Virus record (IMG/VR): IMGVR_UViG_3300028534_000015 | Location: 64,003-128,002 of that record | Length of the DNA: 64,000 nt | Strand: one strand, 5' to 3' | From: a virus | In this document: positions 1 through 8,905 of the stretch, one piece after another | Position numbering within the stretch: position 1 is the first letter of the stretch | Layout: each line of letters starts with the position of its first letter | Program-made: the position numbers and the translations under genes | The notes under the pieces: generated by a model | Seen by the model: only the letters and a program-made list of their open reading frames with translations | Database searches by the model: none | Told to the model about the DNA's origin: nothing

Positions 1-536
1 TGCATAATCTTTTTCGGTTCTTCTTTTTGAACCTTAACAAGTTCTCTCTGTAGAACTATTCCAAAGATTCTGATAAGGTAAGGGTGTTTCACATCTGCAA
101 CACGTTTAAGTGTGTTTTTAAAACGCTGAATATGATTTTCATTAAACCCTACAGGTTTTTGATAGAATGCTGCCATAAAAGAAGCAATAGATGTAACAGG
201 TCCTTTAATATAAGGCAAATCTGTTTTTTCTAGTAGTTCTTTTACGCCTGCGTTCGGATCATCAAGTACAGCTTTTGCTTGTTGCTTAAATGTGTTGATT
301 TTACTTTCATCAATTTTATCGTTTTTAGTGCTTTCTTCTTTTGTCGCACTTACTTCAGTTTCAGATGAGTCTTCCTCTTCCATTCCAGTCTCTGCGCTAT
401 CGATTTCGGCTTCAGTAGTCTGATTTTCCTCCAAAGACTCATTCTCTTCAGATTCAACCGTTTCAGTTTCTTCAACTGTCGTTTCAACTTGTGATTTCTC
501 AATAGCATCTTTATCCTTATTTTTTCTTTTACCCAT
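1..536 (-). CDS. Hypothetical protein with acidic low-complexity N-terminus (partial, runs off window start)
   Basis: ATG at 536 after AAAGGT; reads MGKRKNKDKDAIEKSQVETTVEE... with no stop before position 1; missing from ORF track because truncated. Confidence 0.75.
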   Translation of the reverse strand, partial: MGKRKNKDKDAIEKSQVETTVEETETVESEENESLEENQTTEAEIDSAETGMEEEDSSETEVSATKEESTKNDKIDESKINTFKQQAKAVLDDPNAGVKELLEKTDLPYIKGPVTSIASFMAAFYQKPVGFNENHIQRFKNTLKRVADVKHPYLIRIFGIVLQRELVKVQKEEPKKIM

Positions 537-565
537 AATTTTACCTTTTTTAGATTATTATCAAA

Positions 566-1471
566 TTAATTAAATTTTTCCATTAACTTATTGAACGATC
601 CTAAGAAATTAGGATTACCAAAGTTTAATACTGGAATATTAAACATTTCGGCACGTTCAATCTCATATTTTAAGTTACCGATTTTTTTGAAATCCGTTTT
701 TGATGTTGACTCGCTTCCACATTCGCTATAAATGAATAGTACGTTTAATGCTGTTTCGCAATCATCTCCTAAGTAAATATGAACTGTTCTTGCAGAGAAC
801 TTCTTACGGATATCTTTTCTACTATTCCAATCTCTAACAATGTCACCTATAGATTGGGCTGTAAAACCTGGTGTTTTCTTAACTTTAAATTCCTGCCATC
901 TTAAAGTATTTTGCAAATCAAGCCCGCAAGCAATTTCATACGCCTTTTTTGTTGGTTCTGGAACTTTAAGTTTTTCCATGAGTTCTTCAGGGAAATCAAA
1001 TGCCGTTTTCCAAATATTATAATACTCAACTCTTTCAGCTCGTTCTGTCATAAGTGTTTCGAGATGATTTCTGTCAAGCGATCTTGCCGACCTTAGAGTG
1101 AACCCTCGTTTATTCAATTCTTGGCAAGCATGATCTATAAGTGGGATAATTGCACTTGGAACTCTTTCGATAGAAGTTGCTGCGTAAGATCTTGAAAATG
1201 TTTTTAGTTTAGTGACATCTACAGATACAGGTTCGATATCATCTTTTCGTGGGTCAAACTTTCTTGTTCTTCCACCTCTATTGTTTTGTTTAGGTGTATA
1301 CTTAAAGTTAGAGAACTCTTGCTCATCTTTATTCTCCATTTGATTTAAGGCATTTACAGGATCGGCGGGTTTGTCCTGTTGTCCAGTTGCGTCAGGTGTT
1401 TCTGCAACTTCCTCACTCTTTTGTGTATCTTCTCCTGTCTCTTCTTTGTATAAATCTTCGAAACTGCTCAT
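566..1471 (-). CDS. DprA/SLOG-like protein (degenerate) with acidic disordered N-terminus
   Basis: Likely start MSSFED at 1471 after AAAGGA; YAATSIERVP...ELNKRGFTLRS...VEYYNIWK and C-terminal AEMFNIPVLNFG resemble phage SLOG/DprA-like domains but lack the usual glycines. Confidence 0.5.
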   Translation of the reverse strand: MSSFEDLYKEETGEDTQKSEEVAETPDATGQQDKPADPVNALNQMENKDEQEFSNFKYTPKQNNRGGRTRKFDPRKDDIEPVSVDVTKLKTFSRSYAATSIERVPSAIIPLIDHACQELNKRGFTLRSARSLDRNHLETLMTERAERVEYYNIWKTAFDFPEELMEKLKVPEPTKKAYEIACGLDLQNTLRWQEFKVKKTPGFTAQSIGDIVRDWNSRKDIRKKFSARTVHIYLGDDCETALNVLFIYSECGSESTSKTDFKKIGNLKYEIERAEMFNIPVLNFGNPNFLGSFNKLMEKFN

Positions 1472-1514
1472 GGTTTTTCCTTTTTTTTTTCTTTTATTAA
1501 ATTCAATTATTATA

Positions 1515-2804
1515 CTATAAACCAAAAAGTTCTTCAAGTGTGAACTCAATCGTTTCAGCACCAGCTACGTGCATTCTCTTCAAATTAGATTTCATAGCCG
1601 CAGAACCAATATCTAATGATAATAGATATAAGCCGTTTTTTCGACTACCAATAAGTTCTCCAGAACATTTCATGCATCTACCTAAAATAGATTTATTCTT
1701 ACAGTATTGTAGAACCCGTAGTTCGATTGTTTTACCTATCAATGCTTCAGCATCTTTTAGTGTTTTTATAAGAACAGATTTACCATTTACGAAATAATAT
1801 CTTCCTATATAATAAATATGGTTCGCTTCTGTGATAGTAATCTTAAATCCATATTTTCTACCACAATCAATATTGTTTTCTGTAAACAATCCCGTGAATG
1901 CTCTTGTAAATGTATCTGAAATAACACCAGATGTTTGTGTCTCTTTACCTCTAAAATAGGAAGCTGCTCTTGAAGAGTTAAAAGCATTGGCTAGAAGTCT
2001 TTTGTCTCTTGGCAATCCTTCTAAAAGTGAGTTCTCTATAAAAATAGCTTCATCATTACCAGATATACCATCTTCAGCACCAAAAGTACCGTATCTCTTT
2101 TTCATACTATTACTTATGACTTTTCCTGTGTAAGAAATACCGTACGCTGGATCATCTTTAAGATATTCCTTGATATAATCAACAAGCTCCTCTTCTAATT
2201 CAGCAACACGTACTTTGTCCTTAAAACAATCTTCACCATATTTTTCTTTATACTCTTTTATTCTCTTTTTTCTAAACTCGATGATTCCTTTAGGCGGAAT
2301 TAATGCTTTCTCTGTTGATGAGATAACAAACAAGTTAGCTAGTATTCTTATAAAAGTAATAGCTCTACCAAATTCAGAAACTTCTTCTGGTGTTATTTCT
2401 CCACTAATAAGAAGTGGAATAATTTTCTTCTTATATACACTTCCAAAATTTAACATTCCTTTTTTATCAGAAATGTATTTTATTTTTCCGTTAAACGGAT
2501 ATTCGATAAGAAGAACGTTAATAATAAACTCACCTACAGTCGTTTCTGTATCTTTATCGACACAGGCTAAATCTCCCTTTTTTAAAGTTATAGATATATC
2601 TTCTGTTAAAACAGGTTCATCTCCTATTTTAATTCCTTTAACTTTTTCAAATTTATTATCGTCTATGAGTACTTCTAAAGTACCATTATCAAGTTTAACA
2701 AAGTTTGTATTTTCTATCGCAATAGAGAATATAGAATAGAACCATTCTAATTGGAAGATATAATCTTTTTTAAAAGACTGCAAAAGAAACGATTCAATTG
2801 TCAT
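1515..2804 (-). CDS. Virion RNA polymerase beta' subunit, C-terminal part (phiKZ gp80-like)
   Basis: Bridge-helix-like FNSSRAASYFRGKETQTSG, Zn cysteines (DCG, QYCK, RCMKCSG) and KRMH trigger-loop-like end. Confidence 0.85.
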   Translation of the reverse strand: MTIESFLLQSFKKDYIFQLEWFYSIFSIAIENTNFVKLDNGTLEVLIDDNKFEKVKGIKIGDEPVLTEDISITLKKGDLACVDKDTETTVGEFIINVLLIEYPFNGKIKYISDKKGMLNFGSVYKKKIIPLLISGEITPEEVSEFGRAITFIRILANLFVISSTEKALIPPKGIIEFRKKRIKEYKEKYGEDCFKDKVRVAELEEELVDYIKEYLKDDPAYGISYTGKVISNSMKKRYGTFGAEDGISGNDEAIFIENSLLEGLPRDKRLLANAFNSSRAASYFRGKETQTSGVISDTFTRAFTGLFTENNIDCGRKYGFKITITEANHIYYIGRYYFVNGKSVLIKTLKDAEALIGKTIELRVLQYCKNKSILGRCMKCSGELIGSRKNGLYLLSLDIGSAAMKSNLKRMHVAGAETIEFTLEELFGL

Positions 2805-3658
2805 AATGTTATCCTTTCTATATTAAGAATATCATTTTCAATGTCTAAGATAATTCGCATAATATTCTCATATTTATGTAGTCCAACAAAATCCAATATA
2901 ACATCTTTATTGTTTTTTAAAACTTCTGTAGGTGTTTCGTCTTCGTATTCGCCAAGAATTAGTAATGTTAAAATAACACCATATCTATCTTCTTCACCTG
3001 TCTCTTCTATCAATGTTTTAAATAAAACCAACATTGTTTCAACATTAATATGGTCTGTGTTATTATTAATATAATAACTCACAATATTATTAGGTTCAAC
3101 ATATCTTCTAAGTAATTGACGCTTCTTAGCTTGTTTAATTTTAAACAATATTTTATCCATATCTGAATTTTCAGACATCGACATAGAGTCTTTAATAAAG
3201 CAATTAATAGTTTCGATAATTGTTTCACCAACTTCATAAATAATTTCATGAATATCTAACTGAAGCGTGTATTTAGAAGAAAATAAGATTATCTTTTCTA
3301 CCCAAGCAAACTTATCATGTTCTTCAAGAACAGAGTCTAGTAATGCAATGTAATCGTTGTCTAGATGTTTAATTCCTTCTAATGTTGATAAAACAATATA
3401 TTTATCCATCAACGGAACATCTTTGTTAAAATGGATATCCATTTTAACAGCCACACGATTAAGATGATACTGATAAAGATCAAGAAGTTGTGACCATATA
3501 GTATCAGAAACTACCCTATCCTGGTCAAAAATTGTCATTTCTTCATCAGAATGATCTACATAATCAATACTGTCAAAAAAGTCAGAAACGAATTCTAACA
3601 CTTTTGTTCGGTGTCCGTAAGAATCTTCAAGAAGTTCTATAATTTCGTTAGGTATCAT
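2801..3658 (-). CDS. Conserved hypothetical protein (position of phiKZ gp79)
   Basis: 285-aa ORF, AAGGA RBS, overlaps start of gp80-like gene; synteny only. Confidence 0.55.
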   Translation of the reverse strand: MIPNEIIELLEDSYGHRTKVLEFVSDFFDSIDYVDHSDEEMTIFDQDRVVSDTIWSQLLDLYQYHLNRVAVKMDIHFNKDVPLMDKYIVLSTLEGIKHLDNDYIALLDSVLEEHDKFAWVEKIILFSSKYTLQLDIHEIIYEVGETIIETINCFIKDSMSMSENSDMDKILFKIKQAKKRQLLRRYVEPNNIVSYYINNNTDHINVETMLVLFKTLIEETGEEDRYGVILTLLILGEYEDETPTEVLKNNKDVILDFVGLHKYENIMRIILDIENDILNIERITL

Positions 3659-3714
3659 ATTGATCCTTTTGTTATATTCACTATAATAATTGAATTTAAC
3701 AAAAAGGAAAAACC

Positions 3715-4164
3715 ATGAGCAGAGAAGCTATATTCAGATACAAAGAATTAAGAAGAATGTTAGAAGAACAAGAGAACACTCTAAAAGAACATTTAGAGCT
3801 TGTTAACACAATCGAAGCAGGTTATGTTAATGACGATAAAGAGAATCCTATCTTTGAGGCATTTAAAGGTGTGAGAGACGCTGTTGAAAAATCTAGAGAG
3901 ATTGCTAAAAAGATTAGGATTAAAATCGGCAATAAAAACAAAACAATTTACGCTGACCAAACAGAAAAAGCATATGATTTTATGCAACTTGTAGGAAAGC
4001 TAACAGAACAAGATGCTATTATTACAGAACTTATTTCTGCTATACATCTTATGGTAGCTAGAGAAGTGGGTGACGATACAGACAAGTTAACAGCTGAAAC
4101 GATGTTTGAAACAGCAGCAAAATATAGAAAAGATGCAGAGTTTAAAGGAGATGATGATGAGTAA
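3715..4164 (+). CDS. Hypothetical helical/coiled-coil protein
   Basis: 149-aa ORF with AAAGGA RBS. Confidence 0.7.
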   Translation: MSREAIFRYKELRRMLEEQENTLKEHLELVNTIEAGYVNDDKENPIFEAFKGVRDAVEKSREIAKKIRIKIGNKNKTIYADQTEKAYDFMQLVGKLTEQDAIITELISAIHLMVAREVGDDTDKLTAETMFETAAKYRKDAEFKGDDDE

Positions 4165-5677
4165 AGAGGTAATACAAACAGAGGAAGAAAAATCATTTGA
4201 GTGTGAATGGTCTAATGTTTTTGAAAACGTAGACAGATTTACAAATAAAGACGATCTGGACGACTATATTAAAATGCCTGTATGTTCTAGAGAAGAAGTA
4301 GAGGAAGTAGAAAACTTCTTCGATAAAATGAAACCATCAGAGCAAAAACAACTATCAGAAGAGGATACGTTAGCCGCAGTTTCTTATATTGTCACAAATA
4401 AAGTATCTGCTTTACCGAGAGTTTCGTTTGAAAAAACAATCGTAGATGGTAAGCTGTGTAATAAAATCATTGATCCTGAAACAGAAACAGACTTATCATG
4501 TAGACCGTTACACGTTAAAACAAAAGGATTATCTGGCGAACTTAAGGGCGATGTAGCGTTAGCAGTATTGGCTTCTTCTATGGGTCTTAATGAGAATATT
4601 AGAATTAAACTTTATCATAGTGGTTTTTCTGTAGTTCTTGGAAGAATTGAAAATGCAGAAATTATCAGCCTTATTACAAAACTCACTGTAAGAAAAACAG
4701 AGCTTGGTAAAAATACACACGGACTTGTGTTCTCTAATGAAACCATAATTTTTTCTAAAATTATTGTTGATTTCCTTTACGAACACGCGATTTCATCAAC
4801 TTTAAAGGTAGATGATTTTAGACCGTATATTGTTTTTGCTGATATATTTGTGATTTTTACATCTATTATGCAAGGTATCTTTCCAAAGGGGATTGAAATT
4901 GTTAGAAACTGTTCTAACGCTATTCTTGATAAAGAAACTAAAAAGCTTAAATGTAACTTTATTCTAAAAGCTCTTGTAAAACCAACGAATATGATAAATG
5001 TTGATATGAGAAGATTTAGTAAATTCCACAGAGATACTCTGGCGGTTGAAGACAAAGATTCACTTACGCCTGATATCATCGATTCGTATCAAAAAACATT
5101 ACGTGAGAATCAAATAGAGGAATATGTTATAGATTCGCCTGATGGAGAGTCTAAATTTATATTCGGTCTACAATTTCCGACATATGTTAAGGCGGTAGAA
5201 ATCGGAGAAGATTGGCTAAGACAAATTGAAAATGAAAAAGATGAATTGTTAGCAGAAGAGGACTCCGACGGTGATGAAATTGAAATTAAAAAATATGATG
5301 AGCTTACAAAAGTATCTCTACTTAACAGATATAGATACTTTATAAAGTATATCTCAATTTCGTCTGAAGATAACAAAGTTGTTGTTGAAGACGATGAAAC
5401 AATCAAAAAGTATCTTGACTTCTTTATGAACGATGAAAGATACTATAACGCTATAATGGGATTCTATGAAACATTCATTGATAAAAATACATTGCCTATT
5501 ATTGGTCTTCCAGATTACAAATGTCCTGATTGTCAAAAGACACAAGAGACACATTCACACGAGTCTTATAAAAGCATTGTTCCGGTAAATCCATACTGGT
5601 CTTTTTTCGAAACATGCACTCTCAAGTATCGGAAAATAGAGAAGATAGTGTCGGAACGTCGCTTGCAGAAAAATTAG
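4157..5677 (+). CDS. Baseplate-hub/tail assembly chaperone-like protein (phiKZ gp77-like, T4 gp26-like)
   Basis: AAGGAG RBS at ~4145; C..C pair (RNCSN...LKCNF) and C-terminal YKCPDCQ Zn knuckle; synteny with gp79/gp80. Confidence 0.55.
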   Translation: MSKEVIQTEEEKSFECEWSNVFENVDRFTNKDDLDDYIKMPVCSREEVEEVENFFDKMKPSEQKQLSEEDTLAAVSYIVTNKVSALPRVSFEKTIVDGKLCNKIIDPETETDLSCRPLHVKTKGLSGELKGDVALAVLASSMGLNENIRIKLYHSGFSVVLGRIENAEIISLITKLTVRKTELGKNTHGLVFSNETIIFSKIIVDFLYEHAISSTLKVDDFRPYIVFADIFVIFTSIMQGIFPKGIEIVRNCSNAILDKETKKLKCNFILKALVKPTNMINVDMRRFSKFHRDTLAVEDKDSLTPDIIDSYQKTLRENQIEEYVIDSPDGESKFIFGLQFPTYVKAVEIGEDWLRQIENEKDELLAEEDSDGDEIEIKKYDELTKVSLLNRYRYFIKYISISSEDNKVVVEDDETIKKYLDFFMNDERYYNAIMGFYETFIDKNTLPIIGLPDYKCPDCQKTQETHSHESYKSIVPVNPYWSFFETCTLKYRKIEKIVSERRLQKN

Positions 5678-6096
5678 ATAACGCATTATTTTCCGATAAA
5701 GAAGAACCGATAGATAAGTTTATACTTATTCATATCGGTAAATATAAAGATGATCTAAAAAATCCTGTTGAGTTTAAAATAGTCATAAGAGACTTATGTT
5801 TAAGATATTTCAAATTTTATAAAGATAAAAAACACGCAGACCTAATTGGTCCTGCGTTGTATATAGACGAAGTTGAATTTCATAGACCCACATATCTTAA
5901 CAATATTTTTGATAGTTATGTTACGTCAAGAATAAAACAAAATTTCGGTCTTTCTATAACAGATGTTATGAAACTGACTCCTTTAGAATATAGTTTTGTG
6001 CTTGAGAGTGCCGCAGTCTATAATAAAGATCAGTCACTGGCAAAAGAGAAAATGGAAGCCGAATTAAGAGAGTTAACAGGAGACGATGACACATGA
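5614..6096 (+). CDS. Tail-assembly-chaperone 'T'-like/gp51-like protein; possibly made as a -1 frameshift extension of the upstream ORF
   Basis: Overlaps upstream ORF by 64 nt in the -1 frame, no clear RBS, motif FGLSITDVMKLTPLEY. Confidence 0.5.
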   Translation: MHSQVSENREDSVGTSLAEKLDNALFSDKEEPIDKFILIHIGKYKDDLKNPVEFKIVIRDLCLRYFKFYKDKKHADLIGPALYIDEVEFHRPTYLNNIFDSYVTSRIKQNFGLSITDVMKLTPLEYSFVLESAAVYNKDQSLAKEKMEAELRELTGDDDT

Positions 6097-6773
6097 CAGA
6101 AACACGATTAAAGAATATTTACACACATATAGATTTTCTTTTTGATACAAGATATGCAACACTCATTAACGAATTCGGTGAGGAATGTATTGAAAAGAAT
6201 CTAGATTTCAAATTTTATCAGATAAGACCAGAAGATTCTTTTGACTTTATGGACGGCGTTACGTTTAAATATCTTTATGGAAAAAGAGATGTTTATACGC
6301 TTGTTAAACCATACAAAGTTTATGCTTCTGAATTTTTAGCACAGAGACTGATGCAGATGAAAACAGAGGACATAAGTCTTGGTGGTGACGGGCAATTAAA
6401 AATTTATATTAACATATATCCGTATGTGTTAACGAATAATGAAAAAGAAAAGCTGAAAAATGGACTTTCTTCGTACTTCCTAAATAAAGCACAAGTGGAG
6501 TTTAGATTCGATGAAGAACTTCCTGTAGACTTCATAGATAAGAACGTATATGAAATATACCTCTATGACGGTCTAGAACAGCTAAATTTAGCCGTTACTA
6601 AAAGAACACTTAAGATAGGCGGTCTTACAGATAAACGTCTAATAGTGCCTGATAACGTAGGGTTTTTTGATAATAGAGACGAAGTCCTTATGGATCTACA
6701 AAGAAAAGTATTTCATCCATTTGTCAATTTAGACTTTATGTCTATAGCAATGTTAACATATATAAAGAAATAA
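6093..6773 (+). CDS. Conserved phiKZ-like hypothetical protein (degenerate HAD-like N-terminus)
   Basis: IYTHIDFLFDTRYATL resembles a conserved jumbo-phage motif; AGGAG RBS; ATGA overlap. Confidence 0.55.
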   Translation: MTETRLKNIYTHIDFLFDTRYATLINEFGEECIEKNLDFKFYQIRPEDSFDFMDGVTFKYLYGKRDVYTLVKPYKVYASEFLAQRLMQMKTEDISLGGDGQLKIYINIYPYVLTNNEKEKLKNGLSSYFLNKAQVEFRFDEELPVDFIDKNVYEIYLYDGLEQLNLAVTKRTLKIGGLTDKRLIVPDNVGFFDNRDEVLMDLQRKVFHPFVNLDFMSIAMLTYIKK

Positions 6774-6786
6774 AAAAAGATATGAA

Positions 6787-6817
6787 CTTGATACTTCCCA
6801 ATCTGGGAAGTATCAAG
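6787..6817. terminator. Intrinsic terminator between convergent genes
   Basis: 14-bp perfect stem CTTGATACTTCCCA-atc-TGGGAAGTATCAAG with A-run at 6772-6778. Confidence 0.8.
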
Positions 6818-7400
6818 CATCTGTTAAATCTAAATCATCATCATATGTTGATAGTACATTTCTCCATGAGTTATGGATATTGAATTTGTCAAACCCATTT
6901 AAGGATGACAAAGAGACTCTATGATAATAGTTGATATGTTCATCACTAGGTGTTATCATACCATTTCTTGCATTTGTATAATACGGATTAAATATCTCAT
7001 TCAATATTTCTTCTCTATCAGGATTAAACACAGGAACAAAACCTGATACAGCAAACCCTTCTATCTCATCTCTCTCCCACATCTTTCTTATGGTCGGATG
7101 TGCCATAACATGTTCTTTAGTATAGTTATTAAGAGACATATAAGAATCTCCGTTTACTAAACTAATATATTGGTCATCTTTAAGCGTCATTTCTGCTTCT
7201 CTAGCTATCAGATTTGATCGAACAATGGCTTCGTGTGATAAAAAGTTCCTATGAATTTGCATAGACATATTTTTAATATGGTCTGAAGCAGTTCTTTCAA
7301 AGTTTTGACCAAAGGTTGATGTTTTATTATAGTGGTCTATGGCTGACGCCATAGACATTTGTGTCCCACCATAAATAGCTGATCGAATATCATTAAACAT
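6813..7400 (-). CDS. Conserved phiKZ-like hypothetical protein downstream of nvRNAP beta'
   Basis: Start MFNDIRSAIYGG after AGGAG; motif VMAHPTIRKMWERDEIEGF. Confidence 0.6.
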   Translation of the reverse strand: MFNDIRSAIYGGTQMSMASAIDHYNKTSTFGQNFERTASDHIKNMSMQIHRNFLSHEAIVRSNLIAREAEMTLKDDQYISLVNGDSYMSLNNYTKEHVMAHPTIRKMWERDEIEGFAVSGFVPVFNPDREEILNEIFNPYYTNARNGMITPSDEHINYYHRVSLSSLNGFDKFNIHNSWRNVLSTYDDDLDLTDA

Positions 7401-8823
7401 TTTTTCTCCTTTGTGTTGCTCGTTTATATTGGTTAATAACAAACGAACTTATAGTAGCAACAACAGGATCGGTTAACGTCACTCTTCCAGAAACTTTTCC
7501 AGGTGCTGACATATTTGCAACAGATGTAGACGGTTTCAATGGCAAATATTTGAGATATAACCACTCGTCTAACAGTAGTTGTAAGTTCATCTCATCTCCG
7601 TCATAATCCGCATTGGGTAATTTAGTTAATAAACCACTAAACCCAATAGAAAGATCTGCAGGGTCTTTCTTAATAACAGAAATAAATAGAAGAATCATAG
7701 AACCATTCAACAGAGACGGGTTTCTTTGAAATGATACAGGTATTCCCAGTAATCCTCTTTTCTGAACCCTTTTGATTATCATATCGAATATTTCAGATAT
7801 CTCTTCATCGAAACAAGTGACAGCTTTATTTAACTTTCTACTTATCTCGATTCGCGTATAACCTCGTTTTAACAATATGTTTGTAAGGTGAAGTCTAAAT
7901 AGAACCACTGCTTGACCCCAAGGCAGTTCTAATTCCTGTTTATCGTGCGGTCTTACGATAGGAGTAATAACTCCCCTAACAGTAAAGTATGATCTAAAAC
8001 CATCTATCAGCTTTCTTGGGATTCCTTTTTTACCTTTGATATAATCAACCAAAAGTTTTTTATAGGACTGAGTCTCTTCGTAACAAAGCTTTGCCATCGC
8101 TTTATCAAGTCTCTTTTTACTGGTGCTGTTTGTTGCTTTAACAAAAGATACAATAGTGTCTGCTGTACCTAATGTGTTTTGTCTCATGTAGTTGAGCTTC
8201 CCTACTTTTTCTGCAATAAACATATGTCTATTAAGAATAGGTAGGTAGTGTGGAAAGACTTTCTTTTCATTATCCTTAATCAATTTTATAAGAATATCTA
8301 ATTCTGGAGATTTCTTATAGATATTAATGATCTCTAACATGTCAGTAAAATTATTGATTAACCAACTGTACGATCTTTCAAAATTCGGAATGGCCTTGAT
8401 GATATTAACGATTTTATGACCGCCAATAGTTTTAACTACATTGTAGTTAGGATCACAAACCCATCTTAAGATAGACGAACTTTTATTTAACTCACTATCT
8501 ACCTGAACCCATATTGTTGGAAGTATGAATCTACTCCCTTCAATAGCGCGATACCATAAAATAGGTTTTATATCTTCAAACGGTGATTGTACGGTTGTAC
8601 CACATTCGTGACAAACTTCACCACGTCGATATTCATTTTTTAATGCTCCGCATACACAAGTTGGTAATAATGAAACCTTATCGTCATCATATTCGACCAT
8701 TAACTTTTGCTTCAATTGTTTAAGACCTTCTTCGCTTTCAACATCAAGATCATTAACAACCAAAGATTTTGCTTCCTGTAGCATAAACAAGGCATCAAAA
8801 TCTTTTATTTTTTCGTAAAGCAT
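7393..8823 (-). CDS. Non-virion RNA polymerase beta' subunit, catalytic part (phiKZ gp55-like)
   Basis: N-terminal Zn ribbon (CVCG...CHECG), GKKGIPRK, FQRNPSL and catalytic NADYDGDEMN. Confidence 0.92.
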   Translation of the reverse strand: MLYEKIKDFDALFMLQEAKSLVVNDLDVESEEGLKQLKQKLMVEYDDDKVSLLPTCVCGALKNEYRRGEVCHECGTTVQSPFEDIKPILWYRAIEGSRFILPTIWVQVDSELNKSSSILRWVCDPNYNVVKTIGGHKIVNIIKAIPNFERSYSWLINNFTDMLEIINIYKKSPELDILIKLIKDNEKKVFPHYLPILNRHMFIAEKVGKLNYMRQNTLGTADTIVSFVKATNSTSKKRLDKAMAKLCYEETQSYKKLLVDYIKGKKGIPRKLIDGFRSYFTVRGVITPIVRPHDKQELELPWGQAVVLFRLHLTNILLKRGYTRIEISRKLNKAVTCFDEEISEIFDMIIKRVQKRGLLGIPVSFQRNPSLLNGSMILLFISVIKKDPADLSIGFSGLLTKLPNADYDGDEMNLQLLLDEWLYLKYLPLKPSTSVANMSAPGKVSGRVTLTDPVVATISSFVINQYKRATQRRKNV

Positions 8824-8876
8824 AACTCTCCTTTTTTATCGCTTACTCATAAAATTAGCAGACGATAAAAAAATAA

Positions 8877-8898
8877 TATCGTGACCGAAGTCACGATA
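8877..8898 (-). terminator. Intrinsic terminator after chimallin gene
   Basis: Minus strand TATCGTGAC-TTCG-GTCACGATA (C-UUCG-G loop) followed by T-rich tract. Confidence 0.85.
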
Positions 8899-8905
8899 CT
8901 ACCTT

